A DNA stretch of 62,797 nt, counting the filler, from Pirum gemmata (Eukaryota): NCBI GenBank assembly GCA_002812295.1. It is 21 parts of 21 records of this genome, joined end to end, with 100 filler letters (N's around TTAATTAATTAA, not from the genome) between each part and the next. Parts side by side here need not be neighbours in the genome. Positions count along the whole stretch, not along the records: positions 1 to 2,635 come from PDIN01005090.1; positions 2,736 to 5,409 come from PDIN01005091.1; positions 5,510 to 8,175 come from PDIN01005092.1; positions 8,276 to 10,951 come from PDIN01005093.1; positions 11,052 to 13,742 come from PDIN01005095.1; 16 more parts are not named here. One strand, written 5' to 3'. Every line of letters begins with the position of its first letter. Positions within the stretch are counted from its first letter, which is position 1. The translations under genes were made by a program, and so were the position numbers. Below, piece after piece: positions 1-12,312 of this stretch. A model generated the notes under the pieces. The model saw only the letters and a program-made list of their open reading frames with translations, was not told where the DNA came from and did no database searches.

Positions 1-126
1 TCAACATTCAATACTACAACACAAACTATTACTATTACAACAACACTGTCAACATTCAATACTACAACACAAACTATAACTATTACAACAACACTGTCAA
101 CATTCTATACTACAACACAAACTATT
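1..126. repeat. 48-bp tandem repeat (~2.6 copies)
   Basis: tcaacattcaatactacaacacaaacta...caacactg starts at 1, 49 and 97. Confidence 0.85.
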
Positions 127-894
127 AATACTACAACTATCAATACAACCATACAATTCTACTACTACCAACATTACATTCAATTCAATTCTTACATCTA
201 GTTCATACATTTAATTTATACATTCAGTTTATACTTAATTAAGTACACTAATTATTTATCTCTTGACTTTCTTTGAGTCTATGACCTTCACTAGGCGGTC
301 AGTTACCTATACACTTATTTATATATGCTTCACACTTATCACATTATTTACTTAATTTAATTTACAGCATTATGTTACACACTTGACATAGATACTGGCA
401 TATTATTTACTTAATTATTTACTTAATTTAATTTACAGCATATGTTACACACTTGACATAGATACTGTTATTTTTACACTTATTATTATAAATAAATTAT
501 TCTATAGAGTATAGACTATTAACAAATACTTTAATTTTAATCTATTACTATTATTAAAAACAATCACGTCAGTTGTTACAAAAACAGTAGTACAACAGAA
601 ATAAGAAAAACCCATATGTAAGCTTGATACATTTCAAACACTATTGAAAATTATTTGATCAGAATAATTTTCACATGTTCGAACTAATCTACAGCTCGAA
701 ACACAAAGCCAAACTACAACTATTTGCTCACTACCTCGCTACACAACTTCCTATCTCGCTATGATACACAAAATTTATTTCTTGCAACACAAAATAAATT
801 TTGACTTATACTACGGTTCATAGTGATCATGTTAAATTGGTAATAATGTGGTGTGTAAAACCTCCCTTTAGCAGTTAGGAACTTAGGATGGTGT

Positions 895-1410
895 AGCTGG
901 TGCACTTGTTTAATTAACAATAATATTTGTACAGGTCAACATCAATTCGACTTGGGTTATAAAAGCTTTAGTACGTTTTCTTCGGAATAGTCTATGGTGT
1001 ATGACTTGAGTTGGATTGAGGCGTCGCAAATGTGTCTAGGTTTGTAGCGTTTAGTTTCTCATAAGATGTGACTATTTGCTGCCGGCTTATCATGTCGACT
1101 CGTATATACACGTTTAGGATGTTGGCGAAAGAGTCTTTAAAATGACCCGTCTTGAAACACGGACCAAGGAGTCTAACATATACGCGAGTCTCTTTGAGTG
1201 TAAAACTCGAGGGCATAATGAAAGTAAAGGCAGTTTCGGCTGCTTAGGTGAGATCCGTAAGGTGCATCATCGACCGATCTGAATGGTTTCCTGAAAGATT
1301 TGAGTATGAGCGTATTCGTTAGGACCCGAAAGATGGTGAAGTATGCTTGGATAGGGTGAAGCTGAGGAAATTCAGGTGGAAGCTCGTAGAGATTCTGACG
1401 TGAAAATCGA
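895..1410 (+). pseudogene. 28S rRNA: Truncated, mutated fragment of eukaryotic LSU (28S) rDNA, D2-D3 region
   Basis: Conserved GACCCGTCTTGAAACACGGACCAAGGAGTCTAAC at ~1144-1177 and GGACCCGAAAGATGGTGAA...TTCTGACGTGaAAATCGA. Similarity stops abruptly at ~1410, and normally invariant positions are substituted (GAAgTATG, GTGaAAATC). The 5' limit in D2 is approximate. Confidence 0.9.
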
Positions 1411-2451
1411 GGTGGTCATTATCATGTTTGATAGTGGGTAATGATATAAGTCTTATTTAGTTATGATAAGCTGTTTTGTGTTATATTGTTAGTGTTGTTT
1501 TGAATAATTGTTTTATGATAGTAATAGTTGTTTGTTAAAAAGTATAAATACAGGGAAGATTTGAATGAAAAATTATGTATGTAAGTGAAAAATGTAAAAA
1601 GTCTATTTTATGTAAAAATAATTAGTTTGTGTATGTGAGTAGTCTGTGTATGACTAGTGTGAAATAGTGTGTGCTATTGTGTTTAATACTGAGTGGTATT
1701 AGTGTTTGGTTTTGATACTGTGCGCGGTGTCAAGTTGTAAATAGGCTAGTGCAAGTCCTATGTATGTAGGGCTAGTGTAAGTCCTTTGTGTGTCCGATAT
1801 TGTGTGCGCGTTGTTTGTGTGTTACTGTGTGGTAACAAGTCTGTAAGTTTGTAGAGGCATTTGATGTTTTAGTTTAAAATAAAAAATGTATTGTCCGTTC
1901 ATTTTTATCAAAGAGTAAAATCCAAATATTATAGACTCTTTTACATAGGTTTTTACAACTGTTTTTACGTAATAATAAATTTTTATGTAATAATGTTTTA
2001 TGTTAAAATACAGGTTACATTCTGATTTGTTTTTAAAGTCAGGATTAAAAGTCAGAAAATCAATAGACAAGTCATTTTAAAATTATGGCATCACATAGTG
2101 ACATCATATTAAGTTTACAATTATAATATTTTTTTATAATTATTTATTGCTAGTATTTATTGATTTATTTATGTAATTTATAAATAAATAGATACATATA
2201 ATGATAATATAATAATAATAATAGTAATAATAATGATAATAATGCTATAGTGACTAGTAATGGCTTGTGGTTAAAAAGTAAAAAGAACCAAACTTATATT
2301 GGTCATTACATCTTCAAAATCTAATTCTAGCATTTCCTGAAAACTACGATTTCCCATAATATTTTCGATTGAAAAGTTTTCACCTAACAGTGTCAACTAT
2401 GATTGCTACTACTACTATTCTTATTACTATTATTACTATTATTACTATTAC

Positions 2452-2482
<31 letters not shown>

Positions 2483-2539
2483 GTTATTAATATTATTATT
2501 GTTAATATTACTATTGTTAATATTATTATTATTAAAATT

Positions 2540-2598
<59 letters not shown>

Positions 2599-2635
2599 TT
2601 TCTTTTTCTTTTTCTTATTTATTATTATCATTGAT

Positions 2636-2735
2636 NNNNNNNNNNNNNNNNNNNNNNNNNNNNNNNNNNNNNNNNNNNNTTAATTAATTAANNNNNNNNN
2701 NNNNNNNNNNNNNNNNNNNNNNNNNNNNNNNNNNN
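2636..2735. other. Artificial contig linker (44 N + TTAATTAATTAA + 44 N); 20 such linkers split the window into 21 independent contigs
   Basis: Identical 100-nt structure with stops in all six frames at 2636, 5410, 8176, 10952, 13743, 16511, 20841, 23486, 27634, 30392, 33152, 35923, 38677, 41467, 44255, 48130, 50933, 53690, 56477 and 60004. Confidence 0.98.
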
Positions 2736-3274
2736 TACTATATAATAATATATATAATAATATATAATGTTTTAATTAATTATATATAGCTACTTAGTTA
2801 ATATGGTGTAGTGTTGCAATTGCTGATTTTCTAAAGTAAACCTTGGAGTTTAAAATATTACATTTATTTATATATATTATGTAGTTGAAAACCTGGAGCA
2901 TTGAAAGTATACCATACTGAGTAATATAATTATAGTACCAAGTATTTGTGAAAGTGTTGTGGAACATAACCACTATTCGTACATAATATTAAATATTGAT
3001 GACTTTAATAATAAATGGGTAAACAGATGGTGGAAACTAAGAACTAACTAAGCCAAATTTTAATTAGAGTATTTATGGTTAGAGTTAGGGTTAGGGTTAG
3101 GGTTAGGGTTAGGGTTAGGTGTGTATTTATTGTACTTTAAAATTAATAAAATCAATGCAATATTTTTTGCTTGTTTTTTGTTTATTCTAAATTTTGTTAG
3201 TCGATTACATGATACCATAGAAGTGTTAGGTCTGGGAAGTTATGAAGTATTGGGTCCTTGTTATTATTATTATT

Positions 3275-3343
<69 letters not shown>

Positions 3344-3579
3344 GNNNNNNNNNNNNNNNNNNNNNNNNNNNNNNNNNNNNNNNNNNNNNNNNNNNNNNNN
3401 NNNNNNNNNNNNNNNNNNNNNNNNNNNNNNNNNNNNNNNNNNNNNNNNNNNNNNNNNNNNNNNNNNNNNNNNNNNNNNNNNNNNNNNNNNNNNNNNNNNN
3501 NNNNNNNNNNNNNNNNNNNNNNNNNNNNNNNNNNNNNNNNNNNNNNNNNNNNNNNNNNNNNNNNNNNNNNNNNNNNNNN

Positions 3580-3626
<47 letters not shown>

Positions 3627-4111
3627 CTTGTTGTTCTTGTTGTTCTTGTTGTTGTTGTTGTTGTTGTTTTTGTTGTTGTTGAATAATATTCGAGATAATA
3701 ACAATAAATGAAAATCGTACCATACAATAACAAGATCTTTTTTAAAAAACATTAAACCAACAGGAGTAAGAACATACAGTACCCTCGCCCTCACCAAAAC
3801 CAACAATAAACAACACACAGCAACACGCATATAACAACATCAACAATATTGTATAGCACATAACAACATTTTATACGTTGTTGTTGTTGTTTTGTGTATA
3901 AAGTATTATTTGTTGCTGTAGTTGTGGTAGTTGTTAACGTTGTTGTTGTTGTTTTGTGTATAAAAATATTGTTAACAACAACATTTTTTTGCAACAACAA
4001 CAACAACAACAACAAACAACGACAACAATAACAATAACAACAACAACAACAACAATATAACAATAACAGCAATAACAACAATAACAACAATAACAATTAC
4101 AAGGCCCTCAT

Positions 4112-4498
4112 ACTAGTCTAAATACAGAAGTTATAAATAACAATACCAAGTTTAGATATTTTCAAAATCGTTTTGTAAATCTATTAGTCAATAACAGACA
4201 TTCCAATGATGATTCCCACCAAACCTAACCCAATAGAATGTTTTAAAAGTTTCATTTTGATTGAAGTTGTTAGTGAAGTTGTTCTCAGCGAAGAAACTGG
4301 GAATAAATTGCAATTATTACTGTTGTTATTGGTGATATGTGGTTTTCCAAAACAATCAAAATGAAACTTTTAAAACATTATATTGGTTAGGCTTTCTTGG
4401 AATCATAATAGAATGTCCGTTCATAACCAATAGATTTACAAAACGATCGAAAGATATCTAAAATTGGGATTGTTATTTATTACTTTATTTAGACAAGT
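4112..4498. mobile_element. Degenerate foldback/MITE-like element with ~150-bp inverted arms and ~90-bp spacer
   Basis: aatgttttaaaagtttcattttgattg (~4237-4263) is the exact reverse complement of caatcaaaatgaaacttttaaaacatt (~4353-4379); degenerate complementarity extends out to 4112/4498. Confidence 0.8.
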
Positions 4499-4553
4499 CA
4501 TAACTGTATTTGTCTATTGTCCTGTATATACAAAATGAATTCAATATTTTTAA

Positions 4554-4794
4554 CAGCCAAGCCAGATAAAACTGTAGAAATCATTTTTTTTTTAGACTTA
4601 TTTTCTAAAACGTTTAATAATAACTAGCCAAAAAAGTTTTAAAATTTAGCCATTGGTTTATAATAGAGTTTTTTTAGCTAGACGTTTTATCATAATTTGG
4701 TAGTACTTTTATTAAAATTGGTGCATATTTTGAGATTTTTTGGATTTTGAGCTCATACACGGATAGCTAGCGCCATTTTTATCGGGATTGGTAG
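4554..4794. mobile_element. MITE family A (~240 bp, TIR ~CAGCCAAGCCGGATAAAA, TTAA flanks)
   Basis: Imperfect TIRs and TTAA on both sides in this copy. Other copies at ~5562-5783, 7186-7417, 11318-11534, 37790-37955, 38804-38998, 41220-41414 and 61440-61600, in both orientations. Confidence 0.85.
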
Positions 4795-6414
4795 TTAAAA
4801 AAAAAGAAAAAACTTATTTACTTAGCTTTTCTTAGTACATAGATACTGGTATTTATGTTACGTATGTATGTATGAAATTACTATGAATAGTAACGGTAAT
4901 AATAGTTCTATATATGTGCATAAATGGTTTTTTTTTTATTAGTTTCCCAAACTTTTCCCATAATTTCTATCCATGACGCTGGCCAATTGTTTTAACATCA
5001 GATTCGACAGTCTATATATGGACTACATACTTTCTTATATTCACGTGGTTGGTGGTAAACGGAAAATACAAACTAACAGTAATTAATGACTGGTTAATAC
5101 TTAGAAATGGTTGAGAATGAGTAACTGCCACCCTAACCCTAGGTCCCTAACCCTAACCCTAACCCTACCCTAGCCCTGGCAGCCTATAGTGACAGGCTAA
5201 CTGGCTGACACTTGCTTGTCCCCACTATCATACTTGGCTAAGAGACATTAATTTTATACGACACACCACACAGTGTGGCACACACTCACATCCCAGAGAT
5301 ATACAATATTGTGTTTTTCATTTATTTTGTCACTCTGAACATTTATTTGGAGGGTTATAATCTTTACATTGACATTTTTAAATCAATACATATAATAATA
5401 ATAATAATANNNNNNNNNNNNNNNNNNNNNNNNNNNNNNNNNNNNNNNNNNNNTTAATTAATTAANNNNNNNNNNNNNNNNNNNNNNNNNNNNNNNNNNN
5501 NNNNNNNNNTTTTTTTTTTTTTTTTTTATATTTATTTATTAAAAAAAAAAAGGATAATAGACCTAATGGCGACATCCAGCATATGAGCTCAAAACAAAAT
5601 CTCAAAATGATCCAGTTTTAATAAAAGTACTACCAATTTTAATAAAGTATTACCAAATGTTTGCCTAACTAAAACTCTATTATGAAGAAATGGCTAGTTT
5701 TTAAAAAAATAATTTGGCTATTTATCATTAAAGATTTTAGAAAAGAAGTCTAAAAAAAAAGATTTCTCGTAGTTTTATCCGACTAATAGACTAGAAAAAA
5801 AAAAAAAAAAAAATAAAATAAATAAAAAGTAAGATTATAATTTTTTTAAAAAAAAACTAGATCGAAAATTTCGAATGTTTCAAACTAGTCTCGATTCGAT
5901 GGTTTTTCCCACATCTCCTAATAGCTAACTAGACCAGTTCTAAAGGTGGTATAGTCTCTTGTCTACGAACTAACCCCCCTCATCAGGCCCCCTGTGTTTG
6001 AAATTTTCAAACCCATTTTAAAAATGTCTATTACACTACTTATGTTCGAAAACAGAAAATTGTAGTGAAACTCAAAAGTTAGTCGTTTTGCACAGATAAT
6101 TTATTATTATCAAGCACACTTTCAATAATTGTTATATCAAGTTATCAAGTAATAGCTTTTCATTTATGTTGTCACTCTGAATATTTATTTGGTTGGTTAT
6201 AATTTTTTAATTAACATTGTTAAATGAATAAATTAATAATAAAATATACCAAATTAAATGAAATGGATCTATATTGCATTAATTTGGTACTCTTTATTGT
6301 ATATTTTAAAACAAATGAAAAGCACGATATAAATATGTCATAATTATAACATAAATATTATATTAATAAAAGTGCCAGTATTCGCTCAAATTTACGCTTA
6401 TCCCGCATAAAGTG

Positions 6415-7079
6415 TTATAAATTATTTCGATGTTATTTATAAACAGTGATATAAATTGTTAGCGTTATAATGGTTATGATAATGTCATTGTTGTTGGTAG
6501 TAGTATTTCTTTCAGTGTTTGTATTTTTGTTTTTTGTAGATCAAGCTAGCGTAGTGGTTATCCCCAGGTTTAACAGTATTATAAATTATTTCGATATTAT
6601 TTATAAACAGTAATGTAAATTAGTTAGTGTTATAATGGTTATGATAATGTCATTGTTGTTGGTAGTAGTATGATAGTAGTATTCGATATTACTGTACCTG
6701 CAGAGGGTGTTAGCATTGCGATATTATTTATTATAATAAAATAAGTACTATCATACTACGACTACACGCGACTACGACTATCCTAACCAAACACCTTTCC
6801 CTATACCTTGCCCTAATCCTCTATTCTACCACCACTATCTTTACCACTATCACTACGAATACTACTATCATACTACTACCAACAACAATGACATTATCAT
6901 AACCATTATAACACTAACTAATTTACATTACTGTTTATAAATAATATCGAAATAATTTATAATACNAAATACAAACACTGAAAGAAATACTACTACCAAC
7001 AACAATGACATTATCATAACCATTATAACGCTAACAATTTATATCACTGTTTATAAATAACATCGAAATAATTTATAAT
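6415..7079. repeat. Long nested palindrome of two ~110-bp units
   Basis: 6415-6527 and 6577-6686 are mirrored exactly by 6967-7079 and 6857-6965; a single-N junction lies at 6966. Confidence 0.85.
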
Positions 7080-8345
7080 ACGTAAAATAATAAAACAAAA
7101 AACAAAAATACAAACACTGAAAGAAATTTGTTCTCGCACCACACCAATATATTATTACACCTGGCCAATAATGGTTTTTTTTAAACAGCCAAGCCGGATA
7201 AAAATTGCGACATCCACAATACGAGTTCAAAATCCAAAAAATCTCAAAATACTCCAATTTTAATGAAAGTACTACCAAAATGTGAGAAATTATCTAACTC
7301 AGAAAACTCTATTATGAACCAATGTCCAGTTTTTAAAAATAATTTGGCTTGTTAGCATTAAAGATTTTTAGAAAAAAGAAGTCTTGAAAAAATGATTTCT
7401 ACAGTTTTACTCGGCTTATTTAAAATAAATATGATAAATTAAAAAATAACATAATGATAATACAGAAAGAACTGTATTTTTTTGTTTGCTGTTGTCAATG
7501 TTGTTATAATATTATATTGTTGTTTCTTTTTGATGTTCGTTGTTGGTGTTGGCGTTGGGTGCTGGTGGTGTTGTTGTTGTTCGTTGTTCGTTGTTCGTTG
7601 TTCGTTGTTACTGTTACTATTGCTGCTGCTGTGGTAGTGGTGGTGGTGGTGGTGGTAGTGGTGGTGGTGGCTGTAGTGGTATTGTGGTGATGTTGTGGTT
7701 GTTTTTGGCTGTTGTTGGCTGTTATTGGAGTTGTTGGTTGCTGTTATTATAATTGTTGTTGAATGTTGGATGTTATGTTTTTTGTTGGATGTTGGATGTT
7801 GGATGTTGATTGTTGATTGTTGTGCATGTTGAGTATGGTACAATGTCATGGTTTGCTGTTGTGGGGTTTCTTCGGTTTTTCGGTTTTTTTTATATTTCAC
7901 TTTTTATTTTTGATAATCTCAATAAGTAATATCATAATAATAATGTGTAAAAGAAACTATTGATTATTATATATAATATATTACAATGAAACCAATTAAT
8001 AATAATAATAATAAAATTTGATAATTAATAATAATTTTAATAATAGTAATAATATACTAGAATAGAAAAGAAAATAATAATAATAAAAAAGTATATATAT
8101 GTTAAAAAAAAGTTACAACAAAAAAAGTTGCGAATTTTACTTTTTTTAGTTTTATTATTATTATTATTATTATTANNNNNNNNNNNNNNNNNNNNNNNNN
8201 NNNNNNNNNNNNNNNNNNNTTAATTAATTAANNNNNNNNNNNNNNNNNNNNNNNNNNNNNNNNNNNNNNNNNNNNACCTCTTCCCCTCCCTGTTGCTGTT
8301 GCTGCTGCTGTTGTTGTTGTTGTTGTTGTTGTTACTGCTGCTGCT

Positions 8346-8418
<73 letters not shown>

Positions 8419-8704
8419 TTCCCCTTCCTGCAGTTGTTGTTGTTGTTGTTGTTGCTGGTGGTGATGGTGGTGGTGGTGTTGTTGTTTCTTTTTTCTTTTT
8501 ATCAGTATTCTATTATTGTTGTTGTAGTTGCTGTTGCTGAAGTTGTTGCTGAAGAAGCATAATTTATTAGTATATCATTTATTTGCCCATATATATCTTC
8601 GTTGTCCTCAACATTAAAGGGAATACTACTTTCACGAGTACTATCCTCAGTATCTTCAAGATCCATGTTATTCCAAGCAACCAAACTGCGTTGATACTAG
8701 AACT

Positions 8705-9962
8705 TAATAGAATACTAATGAGTTAAAAAAAAAAACCTCTTTGAAATTGCGCATGATGAGATGACAAAGTGATATCAGAATAGAGGATGGTTGGAATGCT
8801 TGGCTGTGGGGGAACTTTTGGGGGTTTACCAGATAATGTGAAATAACCTCGGGTGGATGACGAAAATACCCCATGGTTGAAAATTATTTGTACCAATTAT
8901 TTTGTACTAACTATTTATCCGATGCGGCCAGCCACACAAGAGCATCAAGAACAAACAACGACACCAAAAATAATGATAACAACACCAGAGGAACCACAAA
9001 AAAAACAACAACAGCAAGAGGATAAACATACGAAGGACACAAAAAGAAAGGAGAAACTATACTGACTTCAACATGGGTTAATAGAAGGAAGCATGATGGA
9101 AGATACAAAAGCAGACTCAATGCTAGAGGATATATGCAAACAAAAGGACAAGACTATATCAACACATACTCACCCACATTAGAGAAAAGCTCGACTAAAA
9201 TAATTATCACAATAGCACAAATATTAGGAAGATACTTACATAATTAACCACAGATAACTGAATTGATACCAATTTTTACGGAAATACTCAAACATAACGC
9301 TATGATATACCGATGCGGAGAGCAGTTCAAGAATACTACAACCGCGCTGGAACAAGAGTATAACAGACAGAATAGTCNAAATACTTGGACTGGAATTACA
9401 TCAAATGGATATCAAGACAGCATTTTTGAATAGCAAACTCGAAAAACCTATACATATGCATATATGTCAAGGATTGTATTTAATTAAACATCTATTTTCG
9501 CCAGAACAGCAAAAAATTACTACAACAACATTATGACAAACTACGCATTAGAAAAAATGTAAAATAAATGTAAAGTAAATGTTGTAAAAATTGTTTTGTA
9601 AAATTTAGAAGTAATTTTATTCAAAATTTCAATTCTATTTCTGACTTTTATACTTTTTCATAATTCTAAATTTTCTCTCTTTTTAATCTTAGCCATTTTT
9701 ATTGGTACAAATAATCCGGGGTGATTTTACAACCATGGGGTATTTTCGTCATCCATCCTGGGGTAATTTCACATTNGGTAAATCCCCAAAAGTTCCCCAC
9801 AGCCAAATATTTCAAACATTACATCATTTGTTCTTCTCATGTTATTTTTCTCACATCATTTTCCCTTCTCATATTATTGTCGTACGTCATTTTGTCCTTC
9901 TCATCATGCGCAATTTCAAAGAGGTTTTTTTTTTTTTTTTTAAACTTATCAGTATTCTATTA
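8705..9962. mobile_element. Element bounded by long (~200-260 bp) degenerate inverted repeats with TAATAGAATACT termini
   Basis: 8705-8900 is the reverse complement of 9700-9962 (e.g. tggatgacgaaaataccccatggttg vs caaccatggggtattttcgtcatcca). Confidence 0.7.
9047..9476 (+). pseudogene. Ty1/copia reverse transcriptase fragment, disrupted
   Basis: Manual translation gives TWVNRRKHDGRYKSRLNARGYMQTKGQDYINTYSPTL...IAQILG and, after an interruption/N, ILGLELHQMDIKTAFLNSKLEKPIHM. These match the copia RVT_2 motifs RYKARLVARGFxQxxGxDYxxTFSP and LHQMDVKTAFLN. Confidence 0.9.
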
Positions 9963-10231
9963 GAAATAGGTAGTATAGGCCAACGTTTACCATATACAAT
10001 TCAACTCTACTGTTTAAGTTGCGTGTCCCTACTTAATTTCGTTCAATTCCATGTAGGGATTTTTAAGGAAATTAGCTTTTGAATTTGGTCCTCAGTCGGT
10101 TGTATTGGCGTCCCATATTACCATAATAGGTATCTTGAAAACTATTTTAGTAGATTTTGTACATCCATGTTTAGTATCTTGATTACCAAATTTAGTAATT
10201 TCATTCAAATTTTAGTAACTTTTATTTTCAT

Positions 10232-10826
10232 ATTAGGAGATTTTGGATGTTTGCAGGATTTGAAACGGAGGTCCCTGCGTCTTCCGGTTCCCGAGATATG
10301 ACAGTCTAATATCTTCAGCTTCCACATACAGTGTTTGGTTCAGTTTGTCATGTTCCACTTCGAGCTCTTGTTCGAGATATTCGATTCGTTCGTTCGGTTC
10401 CATTATCTTGTTTTTGAGCTCTGCATTTTCCTTTCCCAGCTGTTCGATATGGTGGTCGGTCTGTTGAATTTGTATTCGAAACTTCTCCTCGACTTCTTTA
10501 TTTGTAAAAAGTTAATAGAATACTGATTAGTTTTTAAAAAAACTAATCAGTATTCTATTACAAGTTCTCCTCTTTCTTTGTTCCTAAGGATTCCATCAGT
10601 TCCTCGCTGATGTTGTTTAGGATATGTTCTGCTTCTTCGGCTCGTTTGACCATTTCTTCGAATTGGACCACATAGCTGTTGAGCTTTGTTTCGAGTTCGT
10701 CGGCTCGTTTACGCAAGTCCAAGTTTTGTCTGTCTTTCGAGTTGATGGTTTTCGAGTTCTTGAGTATCTTTCTCAATTTTCATAGTTTTAAGTTACTCAG
10801 TCAGTAAGTTGGTCGATGTTGGACAT
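10232..10826 (-). pseudogene. Frameshifted coiled-coil ORF (possibly a TE gag/ORF1) interrupted by a 48-bp hairpin
   Basis: MSNIDQLT...QNLDLRKRADELETKL...EENL, then TNKEVEEKFRIQIQQ...ENAELKNKIMEPNERIEYLEQEL after the hairpin at 10513-10560. A ~97-bp upstream segment (10855-10950) is repeated at 9550-9645. Confidence 0.5.
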
Positions 10827-12270
10827 GATTGTTTGTTTGGTGCTGTTAACGTAATAGAAAAAATGTAAAATAGATTTTAAGTAAATTATTGTAAAAGTTG
10901 TTTTGTAAAATTTAGAAGTGATTTTATTCAAAAGTTCCATTCTATTTCTGCNNNNNNNNNNNNNNNNNNNNNNNNNNNNNNNNNNNNNNNNNNNNTTAAT
11001 TAATTAANNNNNNNNNNNNNNNNNNNNNNNNNNNNNNNNNNNNNNNNNNNNAAAAGTGGTGGTGAATGTGGTGAATTATATCATGTAAAAGTATTTTTTG
11101 CCCACTTCCAAACTTTTAAGTGTGACGTCACATTAGTTGGAATTTTACGTCATTGATATGCCAATAATGACGTTATATTTAGTATTTACCTGATTCTAAA
11201 TACCATAATATCTATCCATCTAGATCTATCCATAGACAAGCTCATACTAAGCTCATAGACAGTAGACTAATAAAAGCCGGCCAGGCCCGAGTCTCTAAAG
11301 GAACTGTTTTTTTTTTTCAGCCAAGCCGAATAAAACTAGTAGAAATAATCACTTTTTTTAGACTTATTTTCTAAAACTAGCCAACTTATTTTTAAAAGAT
11401 AGCCATCGGTTAATAATCGAGTTTTTTTAGTTAAACTATCTCTCAAAATTTGGTAGCACTTTCATTAAAATTGGATTATTTTGAGATTTTTTGGACTTTT
11501 GAGTTCATACGGCGGATATTGTTATTTTTATCCACAGAAACAATCGTATGAACTTAGCTAGAAATTTAATTTATAATAAATAAATAAAAGAAAGTAATAA
11601 TATAATAATACATGTACAGTAGTATGTAATAATTCATATTATAATAATATTAAAATAATGGTGTTCAACGGGAAACACGTACCGGTGGTCCTAGCTAGGT
11701 CTTTGTTTTCTTTGTTTTGGTTGTCTTTATTATTAGGACTCTCTAATGTTTATTTTATACTAATAATATAGTTTTAATTAAATTTTAATCGATAATTCTA
11801 TCTCTAATGACTCTTTGTTTATTTTTTGGCAAAGACTCCCATCCAGGAAAAAAGATTTCTTTTTCCTGGGGTCTCTGAACTTCCTGGGTCCTAGTCTAGT
11901 TCCCAGAATTTTGATTTTTTGCCAACAAAAAATATTTATTTTTTAGGAAAATATGGCGACATCTAGATTGCATGCATTGCGCAAAAAAAAAAAGCTAAAA
12001 TTGGGGGAGGGGGGGGGGAAACTTTCGCAAGCTAGTCTAATAAAATTGAGACTAAAATCCGAGGTGGTGAACTGGTGGTGACCGTACCATAGTTTATAAA
12101 TTAAGGCGAATATTTCTTAGAAAAATGTACGAGTCTACTAGAGTACTACTAGAGTTCTACTAGTTAGTACTACGCCCCCTTTCTGCATTTAAGAGATACT
12201 TTGCATAAAGGAGTTCGAGTGTACCCGAAAAAGTTTACTTTTTTTGCAGTCTCTAGATGTCGCCCACCAT

Positions 12271-12274
12271 ATGG

Positions 12275-12312
<38 letters not shown>

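Noticed and set aside
992..1216. 74-aa minus-strand ORF
   Set aside because: Antisense to the 28S rDNA fragment; a common spurious rDNA-antisense ORF
2403..4096. Poly-L/V/C/Q/T/N ORFs in the ORF track (also ~7439-8562, 26806-27151, 47645-47956, 50068-50320, 60782-61177)
   Set aside because: Stop-free frames through microsatellites and N runs, with no coding signal
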